From contig OY762926.1 in assembly GCA_963666735.1 (NCBI GenBank), forward strand, positions 832,001 through 896,000: a stretch of 64,000 nucleotides of DNA, read 5' to 3'. The notes under the pieces were generated by a model. It worked only from the letters and a program-made list of their open reading frames with translations, had not been told where the DNA came from and did no database searches. Made by a program: the position numbers and the translations under genes. Of the stretch, positions 11,883 through 21,207 are shown in pieces. Origin of the DNA: Gemmatimonadota bacterium. Its GTDB lineage: Bacteria > Gemmatimonadota > Gemmatimonadetes > Palauibacterales > Palauibacteraceae. Position 1 is the stretch's first letter. The number at the start of each line of letters is the position of its first letter.

Positions 11883-13858
11883 CGGAACGCGGCGGCCGCA
11901 AGATCGAGGATCGCATCCACGACATCGTCCGGGGGCATGGCAGTCGTGTCGATCTCGATCGAGTCGGGGGGCCGCCGCAGCGGGGACAGCGGGCGCGAGC
12001 GATCCAGCCGGTCGCGCGCCTCGAGACGCCGGGTCTCGCGCTCGACGTCGTCCTCCGTGAAGGAAACGGCGCGCTGGCGCAGTCGACGACGGGCTCTCTC
12101 GCCGGCTTCCGCCACGAGGAAGATCTTCAGGTCCGCATCGGGGAAGACGGCGGTGCCGATGTCGCGTCCGTCGCAGACGATCTCGTGGTGGCGGCCCGCC
12201 CGGCACAGCCGCTCCAGCACGACCTCCCGAACCGCGGGAAGCGTGGAAACGGCGGACACCCGCGCGGTCACCTCGGACGATGCGAGGGCCGGGCCGGGCC
12301 GGGCTCCCGCGACGGACACATCGAATCCGTCGCGTCCGGGGACGAGAGCGAGGTCCAGCCCGGGCACCGCGGCCTCGATGGACGGCGCGTCCTCCGCAAT
12401 GCCCCTGTCGAGAGCCCACCAGGTGATCGCCCGGTAGAGCAGCCCGGAGTTCACGTGCACGAAGCCGAGTCGCCGGGCCACGCTCCGGGCCGTGCTGCTC
12501 TTGCCCGAAGCGGCGGGGCCGTCCACCGCGATCACTCGACCCGCCGGCGAAGAACGCCCTCGGCGGGAGTCGCGGCGGAAGGGTTCCAGCGCCTCCCAGA
12601 AATCCGGATACGAGACGTCCGCGCACGCGCGGTCGTCGATCCGCAGGTCGGCGTCTCCCGCCGCGTCAAGAACCCCGAACGCCATGGCGATTCGGTGGTC
12701 GCCGCGCGTCTCGACGTCGCCGCTCAACCGTCCGGCACGACCCTGGATCGCGAGGCCGCCGGGCGTCTCCTCCACGATGACACCGAGCTTCTCGAGCGTG
12801 CGCGCCAGCACGGCAAGGCGATCGCTTTCCTTCACGCGCAGTTCGGCGGCATCGCGAATCTCGGAACGACCCCGCGCCCGGACGGCGAGGATGGCGAGAA
12901 GCGGAATCTCGTCGATCACCCGCGGGATCAGATCGCCGCCGATCGAGAACGCCCGCAGGCCATCCGGCGGATGGACCGTCCACGTCTCCCGCGGTTCCCC
13001 GCCCGGGGCCGGCGCCGGGTCGCGGTCCACGCCGGCCCCCATCTCCTCGAGCACGGAGAGAAAGCCGGTGCGCCCGGGATTGGCCGCCACGGCCTCCACC
13101 CTCACCGTTCGGCCGCCGAGGAGCGACGCCCCGATCAGGAAGGCGGCCGAGGAGGGGTCGCCGGGCACGGTCATGCGGAGCCCCTCGAGCGCGCCTTCCC
13201 AATCGGCCGGGTCGAAACTCACGTCCCCCGCCCCGGTCCGCCCGGGATCGAAGGTGAGCGGCACCCCCATCTCGGCCAGCATGCGCTCGGTATGGTCCCG
13301 GGAGAGGGCGGGCTCGCTGACCTCGACCCGCACGCGGGCCAACACGCCCGCCAGGAGCACCGCCGACTTGACCTGGGCGCTGGCGACCCTGCCGCGGTGG
13401 CGCAGGGTCCTCAGTGTCCCCGTGGCTCGCCCGCGGAGCCGCACCGGAAGCCGGTCCGGCTCCCCGTCGTACTCGATGCGCGCCCCCATGGCCTGCAGCG
13501 GATAGATGACGCGGCGCATGGGTCGGCTGCGAAGCGACGGGTCTCCGTCCAGGACCGCGGGGATGCCGGAACCCGCCAGGATCCCGGCGAGGAGGCGCGC
13601 GGTCGTCCCGCTGTTCCCGCAATCGAGCCGCGGAGCCGAGGCGACGTTCAGCCCGCCGCCCGCGCAGCGGATCGTGAGACCGGGCTCGTCCTCCTCACAC
13701 TCGACCGCGGCGCCGAGTCGCTGCATCGCTTGTACGCTCGCCCGCACATCGACGCCGTTCGACAGGCCCCGCACGACGGATGCCGATGAGGCGAGCGGCG
13801 CGAGGAGCGCGGCGCGGTGGGAGATCGACTTGTCCCCCGGTACGCGCACGCGGATCAA
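11879..13858 (-). CDS. aroA-cmk: Fused 3-phosphoshikimate 1-carboxyvinyltransferase / cytidylate kinase (AroA-Cmk)
   Basis: AroA motifs PGDKSISHR, GNSGTT, SAQVKS, RDHTE, KESDR, DHRIAM, then Cmk motifs DGPAASGKSS, DGRDIGT, IDTT in one reading frame. Confidence 0.92.
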   Translation of the reverse strand: MIRVRVPGDKSISHRAALLAPLASSASVVRGLSNGVDVRASVQAMQRLGAAVECEEDEPGLTIRCAGGGLNVASAPRLDCGNSGTTARLLAGILAGSGIPAVLDGDPSLRSRPMRRVIYPLQAMGARIEYDGEPDRLPVRLRGRATGTLRTLRHRGRVASAQVKSAVLLAGVLARVRVEVSEPALSRDHTERMLAEMGVPLTFDPGRTGAGDVSFDPADWEGALEGLRMTVPGDPSSAAFLIGASLLGGRTVRVEAVAANPGRTGFLSVLEEMGAGVDRDPAPAPGGEPRETWTVHPPDGLRAFSIGGDLIPRVIDEIPLLAILAVRARGRSEIRDAAELRVKESDRLAVLARTLEKLGVIVEETPGGLAIQGRAGRLSGDVETRGDHRIAMAFGVLDAAGDADLRIDDRACADVSYPDFWEALEPFRRDSRRGRSSPAGRVIAVDGPAASGKSSTARSVARRLGFVHVNSGLLYRAITWWALDRGIAEDAPSIEAAVPGLDLALVPGRDGFDVSVAGARPGPALASSEVTARVSAVSTLPAVREVVLERLCRAGRHHEIVCDGRDIGTAVFPDADLKIFLVAEAGERARRRLRQRAVSFTEDDVERETRRLEARDRLDRSRPLSPLRRPPDSIEIDTTAMPPDDVVDAILDLAAAAFR

Positions 13859-14793
13859 GGGTCCGGATCTCCGGCGTCCGCGTCATCGAACGTGACCCCG
13901 GTGGACCAGCCGTCACGCGCGAGTTCCGCGCGGGGGAAGACCGCGCGCGCCTCCTCCAGCAGTTGTGCCGGCCGCTCGGCGTAGCGGGCGCTGATGTGCG
14001 TCAACACGAGCCGCCGCACCCCCGCCTCGCGCGCGACCCCGGCCGCGCCGGCGGCGGTGGAGTGGCCGGTCTCCCGCGCCCGACCCCGTTCCTCCTCCGT
14101 GAACGTCGCCTCGTGCACGAGGATGTCCGCGTCGCGCGAGATTCGGACCGTCTCCGGACAGGGGCGCGTGTCCCCCGTGTACACAACCTTCCTGCCCGGC
14201 CGCGGGGGACCCACGAGATCCGCGGGGTCGATGCGCCGGCCGCCCTCGAGATCCACGCTCTCCCCGCGATGGAGGCGGCCGAAGAGCGGACCTTCCGGGA
14301 CGCCCAGCTCGCGTGCGGCCGCCACATCGAACCTCCCTGGACGCGCATCCTCGATGAGGACGTATCCGAGGGAACGCCGCGTATGCTCGGTCGCGAACGC
14401 CTCCACCCGAAAACCGTCCCCTTCGACCGCCTCGCCCGTCCGGAGCTCGTGCACCGTCGCGTCGAACGCCAGCCGGTCCCCTCCAAGGTCCCGGAGCGCG
14501 CGGAGCGTCCCGCCCGTGCCGTGCGGCGCCCAGATCCGGAGCGGCCCGTCGCGGCCCTGGAGGCTCATGGTGCGGAGCAGACCCGCCAGCCCGAGGTAGT
14601 GGTCGGAGTGAAGGTGCGTGATGAGGATATCGTCGAGGGAAAAACCCACCCCGTACCGCATCATCTGCCGCTGCGTTCCCTCGCCGCAGTCAAGGAGAAA
14701 CAACCGCCCCTCGCGCTTCAGGGCGAGCGACGAAACGTTCCGCGACACGGTGGGCCGCGAGGAAGCCGTTCCGAGAAACGTCAGTCGGAGGAT
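13855..14793 (-). CDS. rnz: Ribonuclease Z (probable non-canonical start)
   Basis: TFLGTASSRPT, DCGEGTQRQ, THLHSDH, YTGDT, HEATF, GHST, LTHISARY; AAGGAG lies 7 nt before ATC at 14793. Confidence 0.92.
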   Translation of the reverse strand: MLRLTFLGTASSRPTVSRNVSSLALKREGRLFLLDCGEGTQRQMMRYGVGFSLDDILITHLHSDHYLGLAGLLRTMSLQGRDGPLRIWAPHGTGGTLRALRDLGGDRLAFDATVHELRTGEAVEGDGFRVEAFATEHTRRSLGYVLIEDARPGRFDVAAARELGVPEGPLFGRLHRGESVDLEGGRRIDPADLVGPPRPGRKVVYTGDTRPCPETVRISRDADILVHEATFTEEERGRARETGHSTAAGAAGVAREAGVRRLVLTHISARYAERPAQLLEEARAVFPRAELARDGWSTGVTFDDADAGDPDP

Positions 14794-15248
14794 GGCGCGA
14801 CTCCTTCGGGTCCCGGGGGGGCGCCGATTCGCGCGATGAGTTCCGCGTCCGACATCTCGGAGAGCCTGGCGCCGTTCAGTTCCACCACGGGGCGCTCGTC
14901 GGTGATGCAGCTCAGGCGGAGGCCGACGGTATCCGCCGCGCTCCCCCCCTCCGCCCACACCGGTCCCATGCTCTGGGCGAGCCAGAGCGCTCCCGTGCCG
15001 TCGCTGACCCGGCGCTCGGTCCTCGTGAGCTCTCTTCCCGCCTCCCACAACGCGCGGAAGGCCTCGTCATCGAGATCCGGGAGGGCCGGTCCCGCCGGAA
15101 GCGCCGTCCGCCGGTCCGCGCGCTCCGGGTCGTCGCACACGAAGTAGCCGAGGCCGAGGCCGGACGGCGCCCGGGCGGCGGCGTACAACGTCCAGGATGC
15201 ACCATCGATCGAGCCCGACCGTCGCGGGCGGGCACCGGCGCCCGTCAT
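14781..15248 (-). CDS. Hypothetical protein
   Basis: 155-aa ORF with ATGA overlap to the upstream E1-alpha; fills the gap before rnz. Confidence 0.65.
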   Translation of the reverse strand: MTGAGARPRRSGSIDGASWTLYAAARAPSGLGLGYFVCDDPERADRRTALPAGPALPDLDDEAFRALWEAGRELTRTERRVSDGTGALWLAQSMGPVWAEGGSAADTVGLRLSCITDERPVVELNGARLSEMSDAELIARIGAPPGPEGVAPSSD

Positions 15249-16384
15249 GCCGTCACCTCGCCGTACACGCCGAGCGTCACCGTGTCGCCGCGGGGGGGCG
15301 CCTTCTCACGGCTCGCCAAGGCCTCGCCCGCGGCCTGCTCGATCTCCGCCTCCACTTCGCGCTCCACCGCTGCGAGTTTGCGGAGGTTCCGCGCTCGCAG
15401 GCCACCGGCGCCGGCGACTCCGAGATCGATCCCCGCCAGGTACTCCTCGTAGAGCCCGATCGGGTCGCGCCGCCCCCAGTACCGGAACAATTCGCGCGAA
15501 AAAGTGGCCCGGGCCTCGCGCACATCGTGCGTCGCGTGGCCGCCCATGCGGAAAGTGCGCGCCTCGATGAGCTGGGGGCCCGTCCCCTTCCGGCAGCGTT
15601 CGGCCGCCACCCGCGTGGCCGCATAGACCTCGAGCACGTGGTTCCCGTCCACCGATACGGACGGAATCCCGTACGCCGCGCCCCAGTCCGAGAAGTCCGG
15701 CGGCACGTGGTGCTGGTCCAGCCGCGTCCCCAGCGCCACCTGGTTGTTCTGGATGATGAAGACGATCGGCAACCCGAGCGAGGCCGCGAAGGCGAACGCC
15801 TCGTGCGCCTCGCCGTGTTTCGTCGCCCCGTCCCCGACCCAGGTCAGCGCCACCCGGGGCTCGCCGCGGATCCGGAAGGCAAGCGCAAACCCGTTCATGA
15901 CGGTCGACAGCGTGGCGACCATGCTGACCGGCGGACACACGCCGTAGCGGAGATCTCCCAGGTGCAGGTCCCGTCCCCCCGCCGGCGCGTCCGCCGTCCC
16001 GAGGTAGGTGCGAAACACCTCCGCCATCGGCATGCCCATCTCGTGGTTCGCGCCCTGGTTGCGGATCATGGGCCCCACGATATCCCCGTCGGCACCGCGC
16101 CGGTCGAGCGCGTTCACCGCCCCCACGGTCACGGCTTCCTCGCCGGTCCCGAGCCACGCCTTCGAGATCACGCCCTGTTTCACCCACCGCGTGAGGGCGA
16201 TGTCGCTGAGGCGGAAACGGAGGAGTCCCCGATACAGCGCGAGGTGCGCTTCGGGAGGCAGCGCGGCGATCTCCCGCTCGCGGGCGGCGTCCGCCCGGAT
16301 GCGCGACCTGTACTCCTCCAGGAGTTCGGGGTCCGGCTGCCAGGAAACGTACTCAGGGGGGTCGTAGGCCGAGTATCGACGCAT
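15245..16384 (-). CDS. ThDP-dependent 2-oxoacid dehydrogenase E1 alpha-like subunit
   Basis: GTGEEA, WVGDGA..IQNNQ ThDP motif, VDGN, RMGGHATHD; start at MRRYSAYDPPEY. Confidence 0.88.
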   Translation of the reverse strand: MRRYSAYDPPEYVSWQPDPELLEEYRSRIRADAAREREIAALPPEAHLALYRGLLRFRLSDIALTRWVKQGVISKAWLGTGEEAVTVGAVNALDRRGADGDIVGPMIRNQGANHEMGMPMAEVFRTYLGTADAPAGGRDLHLGDLRYGVCPPVSMVATLSTVMNGFALAFRIRGEPRVALTWVGDGATKHGEAHEAFAFAASLGLPIVFIIQNNQVALGTRLDQHHVPPDFSDWGAAYGIPSVSVDGNHVLEVYAATRVAAERCRKGTGPQLIEARTFRMGGHATHDVREARATFSRELFRYWGRRDPIGLYEEYLAGIDLGVAGAGGLRARNLRKLAAVEREVEAEIEQAAGEALASREKAPPRGDTVTLGVYGEVTA

Positions 16385-16550
16385 CGTCCAGGTCCTCGTG
16401 GTCCGGCAGGCCGGGAAGTGGCCCGTCGCGCGGCACATCCTAAGCCTTCGCCCCGGAGCGCGCGAACCGATAATCTACGATTGGGACACCGCGCGGCCGA
16501 GGCGCCGCGCCCTGCGACCGAGGCGCCACGATGAACCCAGGCAAAAGGCA

Positions 16551-17354
16551 GTGAAACCGTGCCCACGCTGCCGGTGCAGCGTACCGGACGCGACGCGGAC
16601 CTGTCCGCACTGCCGCGCGAAGCAGAGGCGCGGCGACCGCACGCCCCAGATGGTCCTCGGCTTCGTCACGGTGGCCGCCGCCGCGCTGGCCGCGCTCGGA
16701 TCCTGTCCGAGCCTCGCCGGCCAGCCGCCGGGCGGGTCGCAGCGGACGGACCCGCCGACGATCGCCCGCCTGCGGTACGACGGCGGGGGCGACTGGTACG
16801 CGAACCCCTCAAGCCTCGACAACCTCCTGGAGCAGATCCGGTCCCGGACCGGAATTCCGGTGGCCCACCGTCCCGCGGAGGTGGGCGCGGCGGATCCCGA
16901 CCTCGCCGACCATCCGTACCTGTACGCGACGGGACACGGGAACATGTCCTTCAGTACGCTCGAGATCGAACGCCTGCGCGCCTACCTGTACGGGGGCGGC
17001 TTCCTGCACGTGGACGACAACTACGGCCTGGACGAGTCTTTCCGCCGAGAGGTGGCCCGGCTCTTTCCGGAACTGCCCCTCGCCGAGGTGCCGCTCACAC
17101 ACAGCGTCTACCGGATCTTCTACGAGATGCCGGACGGCCTGCCCAAGATTCACGAACACGACGGGAACCCCGCACAGGGGTTCGGCATCTTCCTCGATGG
17201 CCGCCTCGCGGTCTACTACAGCTTCGAGTCCGACCTCGGGGACGGATGGGAGGACGAAGGCGTGCACGGGGACGCGCCCCAGGTACGGGAGTCCGCGATC
17301 AGGATGGGCGTGAACCTCTTCCTCTACGCGCTCTCCGCGACCCCGGCCCGCTGA
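16551..17354 (+). CDS. DUF4159-family protein with N-terminal zinc ribbon and hydrophobic segment
   Basis: ARLRYDGGGDWY, YLYATGHG, GGFLHVDDNYG, DLGDGWED, MGVN; CPRC..CPHC N-terminus (alternative start ATG 16650). Confidence 0.8.
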   Translation: MKPCPRCRCSVPDATRTCPHCRAKQRRGDRTPQMVLGFVTVAAAALAALGSCPSLAGQPPGGSQRTDPPTIARLRYDGGGDWYANPSSLDNLLEQIRSRTGIPVAHRPAEVGAADPDLADHPYLYATGHGNMSFSTLEIERLRAYLYGGGFLHVDDNYGLDESFRREVARLFPELPLAEVPLTHSVYRIFYEMPDGLPKIHEHDGNPAQGFGIFLDGRLAVYYSFESDLGDGWEDEGVHGDAPQVRESAIRMGVNLFLYALSATPAR

Positions 17355-17369
17355 GGACCCGACACCACA

Positions 17370-17666
17370 TTAGGCCCCGAACTTGCCGAAGATCGCCATC
17401 AGCCCGACGACGATGGCGGTGGCGATGAAGGTCCCCCAGGCGAAGATAGCGGTGAGGACCGGACCGTCGGACTTCAGGTGCATGAAGAACATCGCGACGA
17501 GCGCGAACTTCGCCGCCATCATCACGAGCAGAATCGGGATGAGCACCGGCGCGAGCGCCTCGATGTAGAACACCATCACCTCGAGCGCCGTCAGCGCGGC
17601 GAGGATGACCGCGATGGAGACGTAGAGGCGCGTGCTCGGGTGCGACTCAGCGGAGTGGCGGCTCAC
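17370..17666 (-). CDS. ctaF: Cytochrome c oxidase subunit IV
   Basis: LAALTALEV..KFALVAMFFMHLK; last gene of the cox operon. Confidence 0.85.
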   Translation of the reverse strand: MSRHSAESHPSTRLYVSIAVILAALTALEVMVFYIEALAPVLIPILLVMMAAKFALVAMFFMHLKSDGPVLTAIFAWGTFIATAIVVGLMAIFGKFGA

Positions 17667-17673
17667 GTGTGCC

Positions 17674-18243
17674 TCACACCAGCAGGTAGATGAGGGTGAA
17701 GAGGATAATCCACACGACGTCCACGAAGTGCCAGTAGAGGCCGGCGATCTCCACCGTCTCCGCATGGCGGGCGTCGAGCTTCCCGTTCACCGTCCTCACG
17801 AGGAGCGTGCTCAACCAGATCACGCCTCCGGCGACGTGGGCGCCGTGCGTTCCCGTCAGGACGAAGAAGGTCGACGAGAACAGGTTCCTCGACAGCGGCA
17901 ACCCTTCGTGCACGAAGTGGTTGAACTCGTAGTACTGGCCGCCGAGGAAGATCAGGCCGAACAGCGCCGTCAGGGAGAGCCACAGCTTCGTCGCCCGCAG
18001 ATCGTTCCTCTGCACCGCCGCGAGCGCGAGTACCATCATGAGGCTGCTCATCAGGAGCACGAAGGTCGTGACGGTGATGAACGGGATGTTCAGGAGGTCG
18101 TGCGGATAGGGCGGCACGAGGTTCCGGCCGCGATAGATCATGTACGTGGCGATCAGGGTGCCGAAGAGCATGCACTCCGATCCGATGAAGGTCCACATCG
18201 CGAGCTTGCGGTTCGGGATTCCGGTCGAGGTCGGCCCCTCCAT
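17674..18243 (-). CDS. ctaE: Cytochrome c oxidase subunit III
   Basis: WTFIGSECMLF, LTGTHGAHV, GLYWHFVDVVW. Confidence 0.93.
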   Translation of the reverse strand: MEGPTSTGIPNRKLAMWTFIGSECMLFGTLIATYMIYRGRNLVPPYPHDLLNIPFITVTTFVLLMSSLMMVLALAAVQRNDLRATKLWLSLTALFGLIFLGGQYYEFNHFVHEGLPLSRNLFSSTFFVLTGTHGAHVAGGVIWLSTLLVRTVNGKLDARHAETVEIAGLYWHFVDVVWIILFTLIYLLV

Positions 18244-20081
18244 CAGTGCGCCTCCTCCCCGAACGGGGGCTCGAAGGCCCACGCGAAGAGACCCACCGCC
18301 GTCACGAGCAGGCCGAAGAGCGTCAGCCCGAGCGACCCGAGCGCGCCGATCGTCATGAGGAGCATCCCCACGGCGAGCACGAGCGGCCAGTACGACGGAT
18401 TCGGCATGACCACCGGCTCCGGCGGCTCGTCCGGCTGTCGCCGCGGCGCCGCGCCCCCGGGTTCATCCCCCTCCCCGCGCGCTTCCGGTTCGATGTACGG
18501 ATGCCAGAGCGGATCCCGGCGGTCGACGGCCGGGATCTCCGCGAAGTTGTAGTGCGGCGGCGGCGAGGCCGTCGTCCATTCGAGCGTCGACGCGTCCCAC
18601 GGGTTGTGTCCGGCCGCCTCTCCGCGCCGCCACGTGCGCCACAGGTTCCAGACGAGCGGCACGAAGGAAAGCGTGAAGATGAAGGCCCCGATGGTCGAGA
18701 TCAGGTTGAACACATCCAGACCCAGTCCCTCCGCGTACGTGTAGGTCCGCCTCGGCATCCCCAGGAGTCCCGCGAAGTGCATCGGGAAGAAGGTCACGTT
18801 GAGGGCGAGGAAGGCGAGCCAGAAATGGGCCTTCCCGAGACCCTCGTGCAGCATCCGTCCCGTCGCCTTCGGGAACCAGTGGTAGAAGCCGCAGAAGAGG
18901 CCGAAGACGGTCCCGCCGATGAGCACGTAGTGGAAGTGCGCGACCACGAAGTACGTGTCCGTCTGCTGCAGGTCCGCCGGCGGCGAACTGTGCATGACGC
19001 CGCTCAGGCCGCCGATCGTGAACGTCGCCACGAGGCCGACCGCAAAGAGCATCGCCGTTCGGAAGCGTAACCGTCCCCCCCACATCGTCGCGATCCAGTT
19101 GAAGATCTTGATCCCGGTCGGAATCGCGATGAGCATCGTCGCCCCGCCGAAGACCGCGTTCACCACGGGCCCGAGTCCGACCGAGAACATGTGGTGGACC
19201 CAGACGCCGAAGCCGAGGAAGGCGATGAGGACGCCCGAGAAGACGACGACCGGATATCCGAACAGGATCTTCCGCGAGAACGTCGGGATCACGTCGGAGA
19301 CGATGCCGAAGGCCGGCAGGATGAGGATGTAGACCTCCGGGTGGCCGAAGACCCAGAACAGGTGCTGCCAGAGGACGGGGTCCGCGCCCGCCGCCGCATC
19401 GAAGAAGTGCGTGCCGAAACGGCGGTCGAAGAGCATGAAGATCAGCCCGACCGTGAAGGGCGGGAAGGCAAGCAGGATGAGCGCGGAGACGATGAGCGCC
19501 ATCCAGGTGAAGAGGGGCATCCTCATGAACGTCATCCCCGGCGCCCTCATGTTGAGGATCGTGACGAGGAAGTTCAGTCCGCCCGCGATCGACCCCACGC
19601 CGGAAATCAGAAGCGCGAGCACGTAGAAATCGATGCCGAGGCCCGGGGAGTACTCGGGGTTCGTCAGCGGCATGTACGCGAACCAGCCCCCGTCGGGCAT
19701 CATCCGGAGGGGGACGCTCGCGTACAGGAAGAGGCCGCCGAAGAGGAAGACCCAGAAGGAGAACGCGTTCAGGCGGGGGAAGGCGACGTCGCGCGCCCCG
19801 ATCTGCAGGGGCACGACGAAGTTGAAGAAGGCGACGACGAGCGGCATGCCGGCGAAGAACACCATCGTCGTGCCGTGCATCGTGAACAGTTGGTTGTAGA
19901 GGTCCGGATCGAGGAAGCTGCGCTCGGGGGCGGCGAGCTGGAGCCGGATGAGCTGTCCCTCGACGCCAGCGATGAGCAGAAAGGCGAACCCGACCACGAA
20001 GTAGAGGATCGCGATCCGCTTGTGGTCGACCGTCGTCAGCCAGCTCCGGATCCCCGTGGGATGTGCGTCCGTCATCGCCAT
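18243..20081 (-). CDS. ctaD: Cytochrome c oxidase subunit I (A1-type)
   Basis: TVDHKRI, TMHG, DVAFPRLN, FGHPEVY, WVHHMF, VAHFHY. Confidence 0.97.
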   Translation of the reverse strand: MAMTDAHPTGIRSWLTTVDHKRIAILYFVVGFAFLLIAGVEGQLIRLQLAAPERSFLDPDLYNQLFTMHGTTMVFFAGMPLVVAFFNFVVPLQIGARDVAFPRLNAFSFWVFLFGGLFLYASVPLRMMPDGGWFAYMPLTNPEYSPGLGIDFYVLALLISGVGSIAGGLNFLVTILNMRAPGMTFMRMPLFTWMALIVSALILLAFPPFTVGLIFMLFDRRFGTHFFDAAAGADPVLWQHLFWVFGHPEVYILILPAFGIVSDVIPTFSRKILFGYPVVVFSGVLIAFLGFGVWVHHMFSVGLGPVVNAVFGGATMLIAIPTGIKIFNWIATMWGGRLRFRTAMLFAVGLVATFTIGGLSGVMHSSPPADLQQTDTYFVVAHFHYVLIGGTVFGLFCGFYHWFPKATGRMLHEGLGKAHFWLAFLALNVTFFPMHFAGLLGMPRRTYTYAEGLGLDVFNLISTIGAFIFTLSFVPLVWNLWRTWRRGEAAGHNPWDASTLEWTTASPPPHYNFAEIPAVDRRDPLWHPYIEPEARGEGDEPGGAAPRRQPDEPPEPVVMPNPSYWPLVLAVGMLLMTIGALGSLGLTLFGLLVTAVGLFAWAFEPPFGEEAH

Positions 20082-20085
20082 GCCT

Positions 20086-21090
20086 CTACCGGAGCGAGCC
20101 GAGGTAGGCGACGAGCTGCCGGATCTGCGCGTCGCTCAGTTGGACCTCGGGCATCAGGTTGCCGGGCTTCACGTGCTGGGTGGAATCCAGCCAGCGCGCC
20201 AGGTTCGCGGGGGTGTTCTCCAGCACGCCCGAGGCGATCGTGAGCCGGCTCGCGAAGTGCGTGAGGTCCGGGCCGAACTGCCCCGCGGCAGGCGTCCCTC
20301 TCACCGCGTGACAGCTCACGCATGCGTTCGCCATGAACACGCCCTGCCCCGCCCGCGCCTCCGCGGCGGCGGGCGCCGCAGCGGGCTCCGCGTTCGCTTG
20401 GGCCCAGCGCTCGAAGTCCGCCGGCTCGTCCACGATGAGGCGCATCCCCATGAGCGCGTGCGCCGTGCCGCAGAACTCCGCGCATTGGCCGTGGTACACG
20501 CCGACGGAATCCGGCCGGAACCAGAGCTGGTTCTCGGTCCCCGGCACGAGGTCCCGCTTTCCGGCCAGGCGCGGCACCCAGAAGGAGTGCATGACGTCCG
20601 CGGAACGGAGCCTCAGGTCGACGGTGCGGCCCAGCGGGACGTGGGCCTCGTTCGCCGTCACGATACCGAGTTCCGGATAACGGAATTCCCACCACCACTG
20701 CCTGCCGATGACCTCGACGACCAGCGCCTCCGGATCGGGCGTCGCCCGGTCGATGATGAAGATGGCGCGGATGCTCGGAATCGCGATCGCCACGAGGATG
20801 AGCGCCGGGGCCAGCGTCCAGCCCACTTCAAGGAGGAGGTGCCCGTGGACCTGCTTCGGCCGCGCGTCGCCCGGCCGCTCCCGGAAACGCACGAACACGT
20901 ATATGAGGACGCCTTCCACCACGACGAACACGCCGACCGCCCACCAGAAGATCTGGTCGAAGAGCTGGTCGAGGAGCGTGGCGGAGTCTGAACTGGGGTG
21001 CAGTGCGGATTGCGGGTATTCGCCACCGCAACCCTGGCTGACCAAGACCCCCAGAAAAAGCACGAGCGCTGCGATCGCGCGTCGTCTCAA
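20086..21090 (-). CDS. ctaC: Cytochrome c oxidase subunit II with fused cytochrome c (caa3-type)
   Basis: HSFWVP, CAEFCGTAHALM (CuA), CVSCH heme motif; signal RRRAIAALVLFLGVLVSQGC; start tentatively TTG 21090. Confidence 0.92.
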   Translation of the reverse strand: MRRRAIAALVLFLGVLVSQGCGGEYPQSALHPSSDSATLLDQLFDQIFWWAVGVFVVVEGVLIYVFVRFRERPGDARPKQVHGHLLLEVGWTLAPALILVAIAIPSIRAIFIIDRATPDPEALVVEVIGRQWWWEFRYPELGIVTANEAHVPLGRTVDLRLRSADVMHSFWVPRLAGKRDLVPGTENQLWFRPDSVGVYHGQCAEFCGTAHALMGMRLIVDEPADFERWAQANAEPAAAPAAAEARAGQGVFMANACVSCHAVRGTPAAGQFGPDLTHFASRLTIASGVLENTPANLARWLDSTQHVKPGNLMPEVQLSDAQIRQLVAYLGSLR

Positions 21091-21160
21091 GGGCGTATCT
21101 ATATGTGTTTCGGGAATAATCTCGATTCGGGTCAGGCTCCGCCTCCGCAGAGCCCGCGGG

Positions 21161-21189
21161 ACTCTAGCCGGGGACGGCGGGCGGGTCAA
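21161..21189 (-). promoter_or_regulatory. Sigma70-type promoter of cox operon
   Basis: TTGACC-17nt-TAGAGT, about 70 nt upstream of ctaC. Confidence 0.65.
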
Positions 21190-21207
21190 GGAGCCCCGCC
21201 CACCGGG

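Noticed and set aside
16531..16700. Selenocysteine readthrough of the uORF TGA, prompted by selA
   Set aside because: The downstream frame is not protein-like and no SECIS is evident
21170..21207. Xer/dif-like target beside the IS
   Set aside because: Flanks are GC-rich with no XerC/XerD-like arms
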